This document shows, piece after piece, positions 11,601 to 20,872 of a stretch of 64,000 bases of DNA. The DNA lies in NCBI GenBank assembly GCA_000002435.2, contig CM018789.1. One strand, written 5' to 3'. Below the pieces are notes generated by a model. That model ran no database searches and had not been told where the DNA came from. It was given only the letters and a program-made list of their open reading frames with translations. Within the stretch, counting starts at the first letter, position 1. Each line of letters opens with the position of its first letter. Source of the DNA: Giardia intestinalis (taxonomy: Eukaryota). The position numbers and the translations under genes are program-made.

Positions 11601-11720
11601 GAAGCTCAAGATCAGCATGTGATCACTAGCCGTTGAGAATAATGCACAGCACTCAGCAGCTCTCTCTCAGGGTCTGCTGGAGGCTGAATGAGCACAGGCA
11701 GGCAAAGCTCTTATGACGAG
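5650..11720. other. 6.1-kb region with no credible coding potential (gene desert / degenerate sequence)
   Basis: In about 6 kb the longest six-frame ORF is 121 aa, and stops occur at random-sequence frequency in all frames. There is no codon periodicity, no Cys-codon enrichment and no tandem repeats. Base composition is near even, with scattered short AT-rich patches. Confidence 0.5.
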
Positions 11721-11777
11721 CCATCGATTTAAAAGGATATTAAAAAATTACGAATAACCCCTTTAAATTCAAAACCA
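11720..11777 (+). promoter_or_regulatory. AT-rich initiator/promoter region upstream of the 11778 ATG
   Basis: The sequence gatttaaaaggatattaaaaaattacgaataacccctttaaattcaaaaccaATG is a typical Giardia short AT-rich core promoter directly abutting a start codon. Confidence 0.55.
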
Positions 11778-13364
11778 ATGGGCCAGTCGCCGTCCAAGCT
11801 TGCACCCCCGCCTTTCCTCGCGTTGCCAGTGCCTGGTGTAAGGTTCACAGGCCCCAATGGTACGACGTGCACGTGGGCAGACCTGTACGCCCACTGTTCT
11901 ATCAGGGCCCAGAAAGCCGTCCTTGACGCGTTCAACATGAAGTACAGGGAGAAGGTCGTCCACTGGCACGGGACGTTGCTGAATGCAGATCCTAGCACTA
12001 ATTCCGTCCTTTTCAAGATGAGCCCCTCTATCAACCAGGGGGCCGTTCCCGACCTGGCTCTTCACTTTCCTCAGTCGTTTACGGTGACGCAGCTTCAGCC
12101 TCTGATAAAAATGAATGAAATGAAGACGATCGACTTCGTGGGGAAGCTGAGAGGGATGAACGGGCCCGTAATTGCCGCTGACTACGTTTCTGTGGGCGGA
12201 GGCTACGTTGAAAAACCCGAGCACAATCTTCCAAAGACCGTTGCTGATGCGCTGCATGCGATTCCGGAGGCCTTCCCCTCTCTGGCTGCTCTGGAGTCTC
12301 AATTGACGGTGGAGTATCCTATGGTTGCGATGGAGTGCTCCATGCAAGCACGCGGGCTTCCTGAAGCTATCTTCATGAGGCACATCACTAAGGTTGCCGG
12401 CGCCTTATCCTGTCAGGTTATAGAGGTGTCTCCTCAGAACGCCAAGGTCAAGTGCAACCCCCGCATAGATGAGAAGGCGCCGTTCGATGTTCTAGTTACT
12501 TTCCAGCCAGCCATGGCTGCGAAGCTCCCAGAGGTCAAGCAAGGGGCGCTCTGCACTTTCCGGGGCAAGTACACCTCGATATCAACAGCACGCGAGCCGC
12601 AGAAGGTCTTTGGATTTGCCGCCGACGACGTTGTTCTCAATAAGGATCCTGCGGCAAGCTTAGCATCCCTGCCCACTAAGGGGGGCGATGTGTTCTACCA
12701 GGGTCAGGACGAAGTTGTGATGAAGAATCTCCGTGCTCAGGTTGAGTCTGATAGGCAGCTTCATAAGTCCATGAGGGGTGGTGCCCACGCACAGACACCA
12801 GCCTCTGCTCCCACTCCAGCGCCGCCGGCTCCATCAGAGCCCGCATCCTCATCTGCAGGGCACAAGCCAGCTGATGATAAACCCGTGGAGGAGCCACCAG
12901 CTGAAGCCTCAAAGCCAGCCGAGCCAACGCCGAAGGTCGAGGAGGTCAAGCCGCCAGTCATCGAGGAGACAGTGTCAGACGTTGCTGGGAAGGATCCTCT
13001 GGAGGTTGCTCTTACCCTCATGCAGTCTGCGCCAGAAGCGTCCTACACTGTCAAGAAGAGCATCCTCGATGCAGATGAACAGGAGGACGACCCAGTGGCC
13101 CGCATGGCCAGGCTGAAGATGGGCGGCTTCAACGCCAGCGCGTTTACTTCCTCCGCCGACAAGTACATGGGCGAGCTGGACATGCTAGCCGGCGTAAAGC
13201 CAACGCAGCAGAGTGACTATGACGTGTATGACGTGGCTAATGACTACAATAATACAAACAACTATGATAGCTACAACAGTGGCTACGATAACTATAACAG
13301 CGGCTATGACAACTATAGCAGCGGTGGCTACAACAGCTATGGCGGCGGCTATAGCAGCTGGTAG
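11778..13364 (+). CDS. Hypothetical protein, 528 aa; predicted N-myristoylation motif (MGQSPSK), acidic Pro/Glu/Lys-rich linker and C-terminal Tyr/Asn/Gly/Ser-rich low-complexity tail
   Basis: Long ATG-initiated ORF with an AT-rich promoter upstream. No recognisable catalytic domain. The MGxxxS N-terminus matches the N-myristoyltransferase consensus. The C-terminus contains degenerate YDNYNSG repeats. Confidence 0.6.
   Translation: MGQSPSKLAPPPFLALPVPGVRFTGPNGTTCTWADLYAHCSIRAQKAVLDAFNMKYREKVVHWHGTLLNADPSTNSVLFKMSPSINQGAVPDLALHFPQSFTVTQLQPLIKMNEMKTIDFVGKLRGMNGPVIAADYVSVGGGYVEKPEHNLPKTVADALHAIPEAFPSLAALESQLTVEYPMVAMECSMQARGLPEAIFMRHITKVAGALSCQVIEVSPQNAKVKCNPRIDEKAPFDVLVTFQPAMAAKLPEVKQGALCTFRGKYTSISTAREPQKVFGFAADDVVLNKDPAASLASLPTKGGDVFYQGQDEVVMKNLRAQVESDRQLHKSMRGGAHAQTPASAPTPAPPAPSEPASSSAGHKPADDKPVEEPPAEASKPAEPTPKVEEVKPPVIEETVSDVAGKDPLEVALTLMQSAPEASYTVKKSILDADEQEDDPVARMARLKMGGFNASAFTSSADKYMGELDMLAGVKPTQQSDYDVYDVANDYNNTNNYDSYNSGYDNYNSGYDNYSSGGYNSYGGGYSSW
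13214..13361 (+). repeat. Degenerate in-frame tandem repeats (about 21-nt units, GGCTAYGAYAACTATAACAGC) encoding the YDNYNSG low-complexity tail
   Basis: The DNA-level repetition ggctacgataactataacagc / ggctatgacaactatagcagc / ggtggctacaacagctat is visible. Confidence 0.6.
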
Positions 13365-13393
13365 GTTCTGAAGTAAAACTTTAAATTTGACCG

Positions 13394-13726
13394 ATGCCTC
13401 CGATTAATAGGCTAGATAGGAACCCGTGGCAGGATCCGAAGTCCATCCGCGACAGGGTTGACGCCGAAGGCATACAGAGGTGGCACGAAAATAATCTGAA
13501 GGAGATCCGCAAGGTGCAGCACCGCGCAGACTTTGACTCTAAGGACAAGCTTGGAAGTGAGGTTCTTGCTGCGCGCAAGGAGCTAGACCAAATAAGACAA
13601 GCAGTTAAGCAAGCAAACGTAGTGTGCAGACGCGAGAAACTCCTGAAGCTGTACAGTCTCGATTTTGAACGCCAACGCCAGGAGCTACAGCGCCTTGGCT
13701 ACGACATAAAGGTGGTGGCTCCGTAA
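13394..13726 (+). CDS. Hypothetical small charged coiled-coil protein, 110 aa
   Basis: ATG preceded by an AT-rich element (gtaaaactttaaatttgaccgATG). It fills the gap between two confident genes. No identifiable domain. Confidence 0.45.
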   Translation: MPPINRLDRNPWQDPKSIRDRVDAEGIQRWHENNLKEIRKVQHRADFDSKDKLGSEVLAARKELDQIRQAVKQANVVCRREKLLKLYSLDFERQRQELQRLGYDIKVVAP

Positions 13727-13727
13727 G

Positions 13728-14999
13728 TCATGCTCTTTGTGGTGGTTTTTCTCTGCCGTGTCCTGGCTGAGCCATGTGGTCAATGAGCAGATTCTCTACC
13801 CTGTGCAGTCGCATCTCCAAAGGACTCAAGAACGCAAAAGTTGCATTCCTCTGACTGTCCACAACGAGCTCATCGTATGACTTTTGGCGAAACACTTCGT
13901 ACTCCTTGTAAACATTGGTGCCAACGAGAAGGCTCTTGCAGTTATTGATTTGGAATAGCAGATCCTCCTCAAGGTCCTGCACTGAATCTGCAAGCTGGGC
14001 CACTGCTGCCCGCATCTCCTCGCAGGAATGCAAGGTTGCCTCCTCGCAATCTCCCATCTCATCACGCAAAGAGCGGGCTTCGGTTTCTAGAAAGAGCTTC
14101 ATGCTGTCGTACTTCACGCAGAGCTGCTTATAGCTATTTCCTAGGCTCTTGTCTTCGCTGTCCTGCTGGATCATGATAGTCTCGAGTGTCTTCATGCCGA
14201 GCTCCAATGCCTCCAAGACGGGATATTTGTCCTCCGCAGCAACCACTCTCTCAGTTAGTGCTTCTATCTGACTAGCAAGAGCGGGAATGCGTGCCCTTTC
14301 GGCGTCCATTTTCTGAGATACCTCTAGAAAGTCTGCCTCACACTTTCGTATGATGCTTGTCTGAGAGGTGAGATCCAGCTTGAACGCCTCTGTCAGTTCA
14401 GAGAACGCTGCGGTGGACTGAACGTACTCTTTGTAAAGCGTGTCGAATTGGGTGGCGAATCCGTCAGAACGAGTGAACAAGTCGGCGAGAAGGTCTGCAT
14501 AGCGCTTTTCTAGGGATGCGATCCTATCGGCTGCTGCACCTGAAATGTCTCCGACACAAGCACTGTCAATCTGCCGTTGAATCTCAGCAAACTTGGGCCC
14601 AATGCTTTCAAGGATGGAGTTGTTCATGAGCTCTATCTGCTGCTCGACTCCTGCCTTAATCTGTTTCATTTGCTCCTCTATCTGACGCTGTCGCTCCTGC
14701 AGAGAAGCCAGCTTAAACTCCATGTCTGTTTCTAAGGTCTTCACTCGGCGATCAATCTGCTCCTTGAACGAGGCTAGATCCTCCCTTCCCGAGCTCAGAA
14801 AGCGGTCTGTGTTCTGCACTATCTGCTGAGCGTCTCGAATCGTTTGATAATTTGTCTTAAGGTAGTTCTGTTCGGATGTAAACCAGGAAGACAGCTCGGT
14901 GAAGTTCTGCATGGTAACCCGCGCAAACTCCGTGATTACCGGCGGAAACATCGCCCACTGGTCATCCACAAAATGCTGGAGGGCAAGCTTCGTGAGCAT
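13728..14999 (-). CDS. Coiled-coil protein, 423 aa (cytoskeletal/flagellar-type; function unknown)
   Basis: Long ORF that begins MLTKLALQHF. Heptad-rich Glu/Leu/Lys/Gln composition throughout. Lies 1 bp from the neighbouring gene's stop. My line-based count puts the ATG at 14998-15000; the track coordinates are used here. Confidence 0.6.
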   Translation of the reverse strand: MLTKLALQHFVDDQWAMFPPVITEFARVTMQNFTELSSWFTSEQNYLKTNYQTIRDAQQIVQNTDRFLSSGREDLASFKEQIDRRVKTLETDMEFKLASLQERQRQIEEQMKQIKAGVEQQIELMNNSILESIGPKFAEIQRQIDSACVGDISGAAADRIASLEKRYADLLADLFTRSDGFATQFDTLYKEYVQSTAAFSELTEAFKLDLTSQTSIIRKCEADFLEVSQKMDAERARIPALASQIEALTERVVAAEDKYPVLEALELGMKTLETIMIQQDSEDKSLGNSYKQLCVKYDSMKLFLETEARSLRDEMGDCEEATLHSCEEMRAAVAQLADSVQDLEEDLLFQINNCKSLLVGTNVYKEYEVFRQKSYDELVVDSQRNATFAFLSPLEMRLHRVENLLIDHMAQPGHGREKPPQRA

Positions 15000-15031
15000 C
15001 TTTGAAAGGCTCGGTAGTAAGCTTTGAAAAT

Positions 15032-15652
15032 TTACTTGTCGCCTATTTTATCACCAAGGAAGCCGGCCTTCACAACCATTGGATAGGAGACAATAGGATT
15101 ATCTCCTTCGAACTGCACGAGTGTCTTGACCCAGCCCGTGCATGCCTCAAGCACGTCTATCTCTACACGAGGATCAAACCTGCTTAGGACCTCAAAAATC
15201 TGCATAAGAAGGGTAGCCCGAATCTCACCGTTATGTGTAGGACTTGTGACAGCCATCACAGACTCTACTACCTTGCCCATTGAGCTGTATGCTAGGCTCA
15301 GTAAAAGAATAGTATACGTCAGCGCATCGGGTTCTAGATGTGCCATTTGAAGCATAGAGTTGATCGAATGATGAACGGGCTGAGGGATTAGGTATTTTTC
15401 AACAGCTGCTTCGAGATTGACGTTATCCGAAAGGTCTCGATACATCCCCGATACGAGTTTTAGGTCGGGGCTGAAGGACTCGTGGGAAACGCTGTTCGGT
15501 CGCAAGGCGCTCAGTTGCTTGAAGTATTTGATAGAAAACTCTATTAAATCGCTCGGCTGCTCACGCAACACCACTTTTGAGTATTCCTTAATGATCTGCG
15601 GCAGTTGGTTCGGTATGGTTATCTGTTCGGAGCAGTATATACGTTCTTGCAT
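15032..15652 (-). CDS. RIIa dimerisation/docking-domain protein (ropporin / radial-spoke-like), 206 aa
   Basis: The N-terminus IPNQLPQIIKEYSKVVLREQPSDLIEFSIKYFKQL matches the RIIa consensus (IPxGLxELLxxFxxEVLRxQPxDLxxFAxxYFxxL). An AT-rich element lies upstream of the ATG. Confidence 0.7.
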   Translation of the reverse strand: MQERIYCSEQITIPNQLPQIIKEYSKVVLREQPSDLIEFSIKYFKQLSALRPNSVSHESFSPDLKLVSGMYRDLSDNVNLEAAVEKYLIPQPVHHSINSMLQMAHLEPDALTYTILLLSLAYSSMGKVVESVMAVTSPTHNGEIRATLLMQIFEVLSRFDPRVEIDVLEACTGWVKTLVQFEGDNPIVSYPMVVKAGFLGDKIGDK

Positions 15653-15808
15653 TCAACGTTTAAATTTTTTCCCTTCGCGCACTGTGCAAGCTCTTAAAGT
15701 GCATGAACGAAGATTTTGGCGTACGGCTGTGCACTGTTTTGTTAGCTATAGCCGGTAACTAGCAGATAATACATTCAATGAACTCGAGAGATTTGGACGG
15801 ATTTAAAA
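15653..15808. promoter_or_regulatory. Divergent (bidirectional) promoter region between the RIIa gene (-) and the 844-aa gene (+)
   Basis: A 156-bp spacer between two divergent ATGs. Both ATGs abut AT-rich elements (aaaaatttaaacgttgaATG on the minus strand; ggatttaaaaATG on the plus strand). Confidence 0.5.
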
Positions 15809-18343
15809 ATGCCATTTGGGCTTGACCAACTATGTGACACACAAGCCCAACCTCGGAGTCGGGTTTTACCTCTTGGCACCGGCAGCACTAGAAGCGAGGA
15901 TCCGTCCAGCTACAGGGCGCTTAGAGTGCGCAACTCTCCGTTTTTGACTAACGTGCCTCTAGTGTCAAAGGCCACTCCACAATTTGCGCACAAATCTATA
16001 GTTCACGGGGATGTGCTTGGTAGTCACGTGGCAAGTGCTATATTGTGCCATGTCCCTTCAGCAGAGGGGAGATCCAAGCAATCAGCTCTACCGCCACATG
16101 AAAACTCTTTAATAAACCAGGTACTGCCCAGGATCAGCGACACTCTACACGAAATGGCTCGCAACGCTACTCCAGATTTCTCGCAATACTCCGTACTCAA
16201 AGGCTCGGAGGACGTCGATGATAGTCCCCTGGCGTCAGTCGATCTCGACAAGTATACCAAGAATCCCCATTCAGTGCCTCACTCCCGGGTCCTTAGGCGT
16301 GCATGTCCCCCTGGCAGTGCCATACCAGGCCCGAAAAGTCACCGGAAGAGCTCTGATAGCGCCAGTGCACACCCTAAGGCCTCAGTGCACGATCCCCCTG
16401 GTCCCGTCGACCGGCAGTTCAAGTCAGCTAACGCATTCTTAGAAACAGGGAGGGCTTCGGAGCACTTCAGTATTACCGATGAGGATCTAGACGATACCGA
16501 AATCTACCAGGATATTGCTAGTTCTTTGCCAAACTCTCGCGGAAGTAATGCTTCGCGGGCAAAACCTGTTCTAAGTGTGGAGGCGAGCCCAATACATAAA
16601 CGGCCGATGCGTAAGCTCTGCCTCAACCACTTCCCCCAGCTTGTGTTGCACAATGACTCTCGTGGGAGAGCACCTTCAGTGGAGGATGCTTCTAATACGT
16701 CTGTTTCACCTGCAGGAAGTCTTGCAGATTCTAATGGTAAGGCTTCGCCTAAGGTTGAAACCCCTGTCTGCCAACTCATTCAGCTCCCTCCTATTACTGT
16801 CTTTGAGGATACTTGTGACGAGTACCAAGGTACAGCATCCAAACAAAGCCATACATCCAGTGGCAAACTGTCTTCTTGCTCACCAGCAGGTCAACTTAAC
16901 AGCCCTCGGCTACGCCTCAGCACTGGCCAAACTATAGGCGATATAAGCATAGATAACTCCATACAGTTTCCTCTATTAGAAAATGGTCGGTTATCTGGTG
17001 ATCGTTGCTCCTCCATAGACATGGATCTACCTATTCATCTGGGGACAACTCTGCTCACAATCAACGAGTCTGACAACGCAGAATTTGCTCAGCAGGTAGC
17101 TGACACCGCCACAACGAATCCCGCGTTAACGGCTGCATACAGTTCATCTTGCTCTGTCCCGCATATCTCTTCTATTACAGGCGCTCTAAATGATAGCATA
17201 ACTGAGCCGCCTCTTATGAATAGTGCAGAGCATACTCACACAAGGCTGGCAGAGCAGCGGCAGTATTCTATTGAACGTTTTCCCGTGATAGACTCCACCC
17301 AGCTGTCTGGAGCATCTTTTGCGCATAACTCTATTGCAAACGATGATCCAGACACAGGGACATTTACTTCTTCGAAGCAGTCCGTTATTCATTTGTTGAA
17401 AGGAAGCACCCGACAACTAAGTGACTATAGAGCCCTCATAGACCCAGATCAATCCACCTCACTTCTCACAGATAATATTGACGAGTGCATGGACTCATAC
17501 GTATTTATTGGGAAGCTCGGGGATGAAGATGGATCCGCAGACACTAAGTCGTGCACCTTAACTCCCCGGTATCTAAATATTACGTCGTATTGTGTTGGAG
17601 AAGACACGTCTTCTACAGCCATAGTTGACACAAACACGGCTCTTTCTCATCCTCGGCCAAGCAGTGAAGAAATCCTTAGCGGGCTATCCTCTGATGATTG
17701 GCAACGGCAGATAGATGCCATTACAAAATGTATTAGTTTTTTCTCTGCTCTGTCTACTACAACGGATAACATAGAAATCCAGACAATCATTGCATCGTAC
17801 GTTACGGTATTGTCTTCCCCACGGTCTAAGGTAATCAAGCACGCTATCGAAACTTTGGTTCCGATCTTTCTTACCAAGCACCCTGCCTTGCTGCACTACG
17901 CAGATAGGATATTCACCCCCTTGCTTCTTCGTGTTGGGTCCGCGTCCCAGGCCGACTTCATCTCCACAGCTGGAGACCGGGCGCTACACGTCATCGTATC
18001 GCTCACGCAGCCCCTCAAACTCGTGCCACATCTGCAGAAGGAGTCTAGACACAAGTCTCCAGGCGTGCGGCTTCGAGTCGCACAACTATTTACAATCATC
18101 TTCAAGGAATTTGCAGAGGATTCTCAGGTAGTTTCCCATTTCCGCAGCTCCACAGAGATATATGTTGAAACGCTATTAAGGTTGATAGGAGATAGCTCTG
18201 AATCGGCTAGGAAATATGCTCGAGAGGCCTTTGCAATGCTCTTGAGTATAACAAGGATACCAGGAGAGTCTGTTGCCGACTTTTTAACCCGTTGTAGGCT
18301 CTGCACAGTTGATAATCTTTCCAGGGTGAAGTTTGTCGAGTGA
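15809..18343 (+). CDS. Hypothetical Ser-rich protein, 844 aa, with a C-terminal alpha-helical HEAT/ARM-like region
   Basis: Long ATG ORF. The N-terminal 600 aa are low-complexity Ser/Pro/Thr-rich. The last about 230 aa are regularly helical (LLRVGSASQADFISTAGDRALHVIVSL...). No confident family assignment. Confidence 0.6.
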   Translation: MPFGLDQLCDTQAQPRSRVLPLGTGSTRSEDPSSYRALRVRNSPFLTNVPLVSKATPQFAHKSIVHGDVLGSHVASAILCHVPSAEGRSKQSALPPHENSLINQVLPRISDTLHEMARNATPDFSQYSVLKGSEDVDDSPLASVDLDKYTKNPHSVPHSRVLRRACPPGSAIPGPKSHRKSSDSASAHPKASVHDPPGPVDRQFKSANAFLETGRASEHFSITDEDLDDTEIYQDIASSLPNSRGSNASRAKPVLSVEASPIHKRPMRKLCLNHFPQLVLHNDSRGRAPSVEDASNTSVSPAGSLADSNGKASPKVETPVCQLIQLPPITVFEDTCDEYQGTASKQSHTSSGKLSSCSPAGQLNSPRLRLSTGQTIGDISIDNSIQFPLLENGRLSGDRCSSIDMDLPIHLGTTLLTINESDNAEFAQQVADTATTNPALTAAYSSSCSVPHISSITGALNDSITEPPLMNSAEHTHTRLAEQRQYSIERFPVIDSTQLSGASFAHNSIANDDPDTGTFTSSKQSVIHLLKGSTRQLSDYRALIDPDQSTSLLTDNIDECMDSYVFIGKLGDEDGSADTKSCTLTPRYLNITSYCVGEDTSSTAIVDTNTALSHPRPSSEEILSGLSSDDWQRQIDAITKCISFFSALSTTTDNIEIQTIIASYVTVLSSPRSKVIKHAIETLVPIFLTKHPALLHYADRIFTPLLLRVGSASQADFISTAGDRALHVIVSLTQPLKLVPHLQKESRHKSPGVRLRVAQLFTIIFKEFAEDSQVVSHFRSSTEIYVETLLRLIGDSSESARKYAREAFAMLLSITRIPGESVADFLTRCRLCTVDNLSRVKFVE

Positions 18344-18369
18344 CTTCTCTTTGAAAATAGATTCTAGTT

Positions 18370-18376
18370 AGTAAAT
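18370..18376 (+). promoter_or_regulatory. AGTAAAT polyadenylation signal 27 nt after the 15809-18343 stop
   Basis: Read in tgacttctctttgaaaatagattctagttAGTAAATtatc. Matches the Giardia AGTRAAY consensus. Confidence 0.5.
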
Positions 18377-18378
18377 TA

Positions 18379-20304
18379 TCACTTTCTGCCATCAGCAGTT
18401 TTATGTGTCTTTTCAACGAGGCTTTCCAGGATTTCACGACCACTTGCTACATCTGTACCAATAGTCAGGATGCCGACGCTCGGGCCATACTGCATAACAA
18501 GCTGCTCTTCAAGAATAGAAAGGGCAGCCAACTCGGCATACGTCACCCCGCCAATAAAGACCACGAGCACTGAGGAGCTCTGCTGTTCGCCTATTAGGTC
18601 ATTGTGGAGACGTACATCCTCTCCTACGCTGCCGCTCCATGCCTCCAAAGGTCTTTTGATTCCCCAGACGCGGGTCGCGGGGACATATGGATAACTGTTA
18701 GAAGCGTCTGAGGTGCTTTCTAGGGCAGGATCAGCACTGGGTCCTCCTCTAGCAATGCCCTTGAGTGCATTTTCTCCGGAACCAGAGGACAAAATGGCCT
18801 TGAGTTCTCTCTCAACCATCCGCACAGAAAGAGGTGCTCGGCTATTGAAGACATCGGAGATGTCTCGGTAGTGAGTAACAGACACGCCGTGGGTCCGTTC
18901 TGAGTGCTCGTCTTCATCATACCAAAGAGTGTAGGCAGTACGGAGGTCCTTGAACCATGATTTGGACGTGAGAGCAGGCAGCAATCCAGACCCATCAAGT
19001 GTATCAAAAAGAAAGTCGGCACTAACCCCATAGCGGGCGCTTATGTTGGAACGAATGATCTGGAGGTCCTTGGGCTTTGGCTGTGAGGTGATCAGGATCA
19101 ATAAGTAGAACTGGACGATCTCGACAAGTGGCGCGTTCTCCATAATTCGCAGAAGCAGGTGGTCTAGCACCCGCTTGGAAAGAACACCTTCCCGAAAGAG
19201 ATCACGTTTTAAGACAAAAGCTTGCCCGAGGTCATAGCTCATAAATTTCAAAATGCTATTAGCTAACCCAACGTGGCATTCAGTGAACTTTTGATTCCTT
19301 TCCGCTACAATGGACTTCTCTCTAATCAAGCGGATCTGCTGAAGAGAAAGATTGTCACGCCCTGCTATTGCTTGCTCCTTCTCCTGTTCCACCTCCTTGA
19401 GCTCCTCCAGTATCTTATCTATCTTGTCTTTTATTTTTGATATGTGTGTAGCTCGCAATCTCCTGTAAACGGGGTCCAAAGAGTTTAGATAGGTTATGCC
19501 AGAATCCTTATCAGTCTGGAGAGCAGAGTTGTGAAGAGAAAAGGTTTCTGCCAGCAGGGCTTCGTATGTCCATGGATCAAGGGTTAGAGATAGAAGATCT
19601 ATGCCTCTATCTATGAGGAATACGTGTTCAAAAGGCGGTTGTCGATTATGGGCCCCCTCCAGTAATTGAGCAGGTCTGGACTTCAGCTCTGCCAAGAATG
19701 AGCGAAGGCATCGAACACCCTCGAGGCCCCTAGCGTAAATGTTTCTGAAAAGGCCGGTTGTGTTAACAATCTGAAGAAGGGCCTGGGCTGAGCGCTGCAC
19801 TGCAATCATGCTTTTCTGGTAGAGCATGTGATTAAAGCCATAGCGCAGATTAAGCGTTATGACATCGGTGTCCAGGAAGACGGAGTTGTAGGAGAATGCC
19901 TCGAGCGTATGTACCTGATCGGATAAGCCCGTGTCGCATATGAGCTGCTCGACATATTGATCGCATGCCGGAGTCACTAGGAAGTGCAAGGCGATGCTTG
20001 GGCGGGCCTTCAGGAACATCTTGGCGCCAGATATGGCATCCAGTACATTAGCGCCATCAAAAACGATTACCAGGTTTATATCTGTCTTTGGATTGGGCTT
20101 CATGGCTGTAGACAAGAACGTGACCTCGTTATCCTTAAAGAGGTCACCTGCAATAAGAGAAAGAGGGTCGCGGAGCTTCTCGTCGAGTAGAAAGACACGG
20201 TTGCTTTCTGGGACATTGCTAAGGGCCGTTACTAAGCTTTCACGCTGTGAAGCTAGCAGATCAGACAGGTCATAGGCTCGCTCCTCAAAGGATAGAGATA
20301 TCAT
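18379..20304 (-). CDS. Sec1/Munc18 (SM) family protein (Vps33/Vps45/Sly1-like), about 641 aa
   Basis: N-terminal SM-like pattern (NRVFLLDEKL...LSLIAGDL...) and the characteristic C-terminal VVFIGGVTYAELAALS motif. The track start at 20325 is a TTG codon. The first ATG (MISLSFEE) at 20304 is preceded by cattaaaATG, so it is used as the start. Confidence 0.55.
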   Translation of the reverse strand: MISLSFEERAYDLSDLLASQRESLVTALSNVPESNRVFLLDEKLRDPLSLIAGDLFKDNEVTFLSTAMKPNPKTDINLVIVFDGANVLDAISGAKMFLKARPSIALHFLVTPACDQYVEQLICDTGLSDQVHTLEAFSYNSVFLDTDVITLNLRYGFNHMLYQKSMIAVQRSAQALLQIVNTTGLFRNIYARGLEGVRCLRSFLAELKSRPAQLLEGAHNRQPPFEHVFLIDRGIDLLSLTLDPWTYEALLAETFSLHNSALQTDKDSGITYLNSLDPVYRRLRATHISKIKDKIDKILEELKEVEQEKEQAIAGRDNLSLQQIRLIREKSIVAERNQKFTECHVGLANSILKFMSYDLGQAFVLKRDLFREGVLSKRVLDHLLLRIMENAPLVEIVQFYLLILITSQPKPKDLQIIRSNISARYGVSADFLFDTLDGSGLLPALTSKSWFKDLRTAYTLWYDEDEHSERTHGVSVTHYRDISDVFNSRAPLSVRMVERELKAILSSGSGENALKGIARGGPSADPALESTSDASNSYPYVPATRVWGIKRPLEAWSGSVGEDVRLHNDLIGEQQSSSVLVVFIGGVTYAELAALSILEEQLVMQYGPSVGILTIGTDVASGREILESLVEKTHKTADGRK

Positions 20305-20475
20305 TTTAATGTAGATGATGAACAAAGAAAGACGCGGTCAAACCCATAATACTGAGCCAACCAAGAGTCACCCTTACAGTACCCAGTGAACTCCGCTCTG
20401 GAGAGACAGTAGAGCAGGTTGTGACGGCACTAGCAGAGCTGCTAGTAGGGCATCGGAAAAATAAAGAAGAATCCG

Positions 20476-20727
20476 ATGGATTTGATTCAGAATGCCACCA
20501 GTGGAGGCTACTTCACTAATAACGAGATAGCTGAGCTACGAGGAAAGAAGGTCCAGGCTAAGATAAGCGATGTGGATTATCTGAAGACGCATCCGGAGGT
20601 TGAGCAGGTCATTGAGCTGCTATATATGAGCGTGCTCGAGCATAAGCCGCCTCGCGATCAGCTATATGTTTTTGTGGCCAACTTCTTTAGACAGCTTAAC
20701 GAAGAGCGGCAACGGGCGATGGGGTAG
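20476..20727 (+). CDS. Dpy-30-motif protein, 83 aa
   Basis: YLKTHPEVEQVIELLYMSVLEHKPPRDQLYVFVANFFRQL fits the Dpy-30 / RIIa-like X-type helix-bundle motif (YL..V.P.L...L..L....P.DP..FLA.YL). Confidence 0.55.
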   Translation: MDLIQNATSGGYFTNNEIAELRGKKVQAKISDVDYLKTHPEVEQVIELLYMSVLEHKPPRDQLYVFVANFFRQLNEERQRAMG

Positions 20728-20872
20728 TCTCAAGACTGAAGGTTGTTACCCGTTAAATCCTTTGGGCCCTCTGACATACAGATAAGTAGAGCGTGTTGTG
20801 GCGAAGTGAATTTGCAAATGCTAACTTTCGGCACAATCTTTACCCGGACACTCAAAAATTCAAATTATAGCT

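Noticed and set aside
5650-11720. Possibility that the ORF-free block is an rDNA unit or a decayed VSP
   Set aside because: Giardia rDNA is extremely GC-rich (about 75%) and its 5' SSU sequence (CATCCGGTCGATCCTGCC...) is absent. A decayed VSP would retain TGC/TGT periodicity and CxxC spacing in some frame, and none is visible. The block is left as unexplained non-coding sequence.
12676-13021. 83- and 86-aa minus-strand ORFs inside the N-myristoylated-protein gene
   Set aside because: They are antisense to the Pro/Ala/Glu-rich region, where GC-rich codons suppress stops on the opposite strand.
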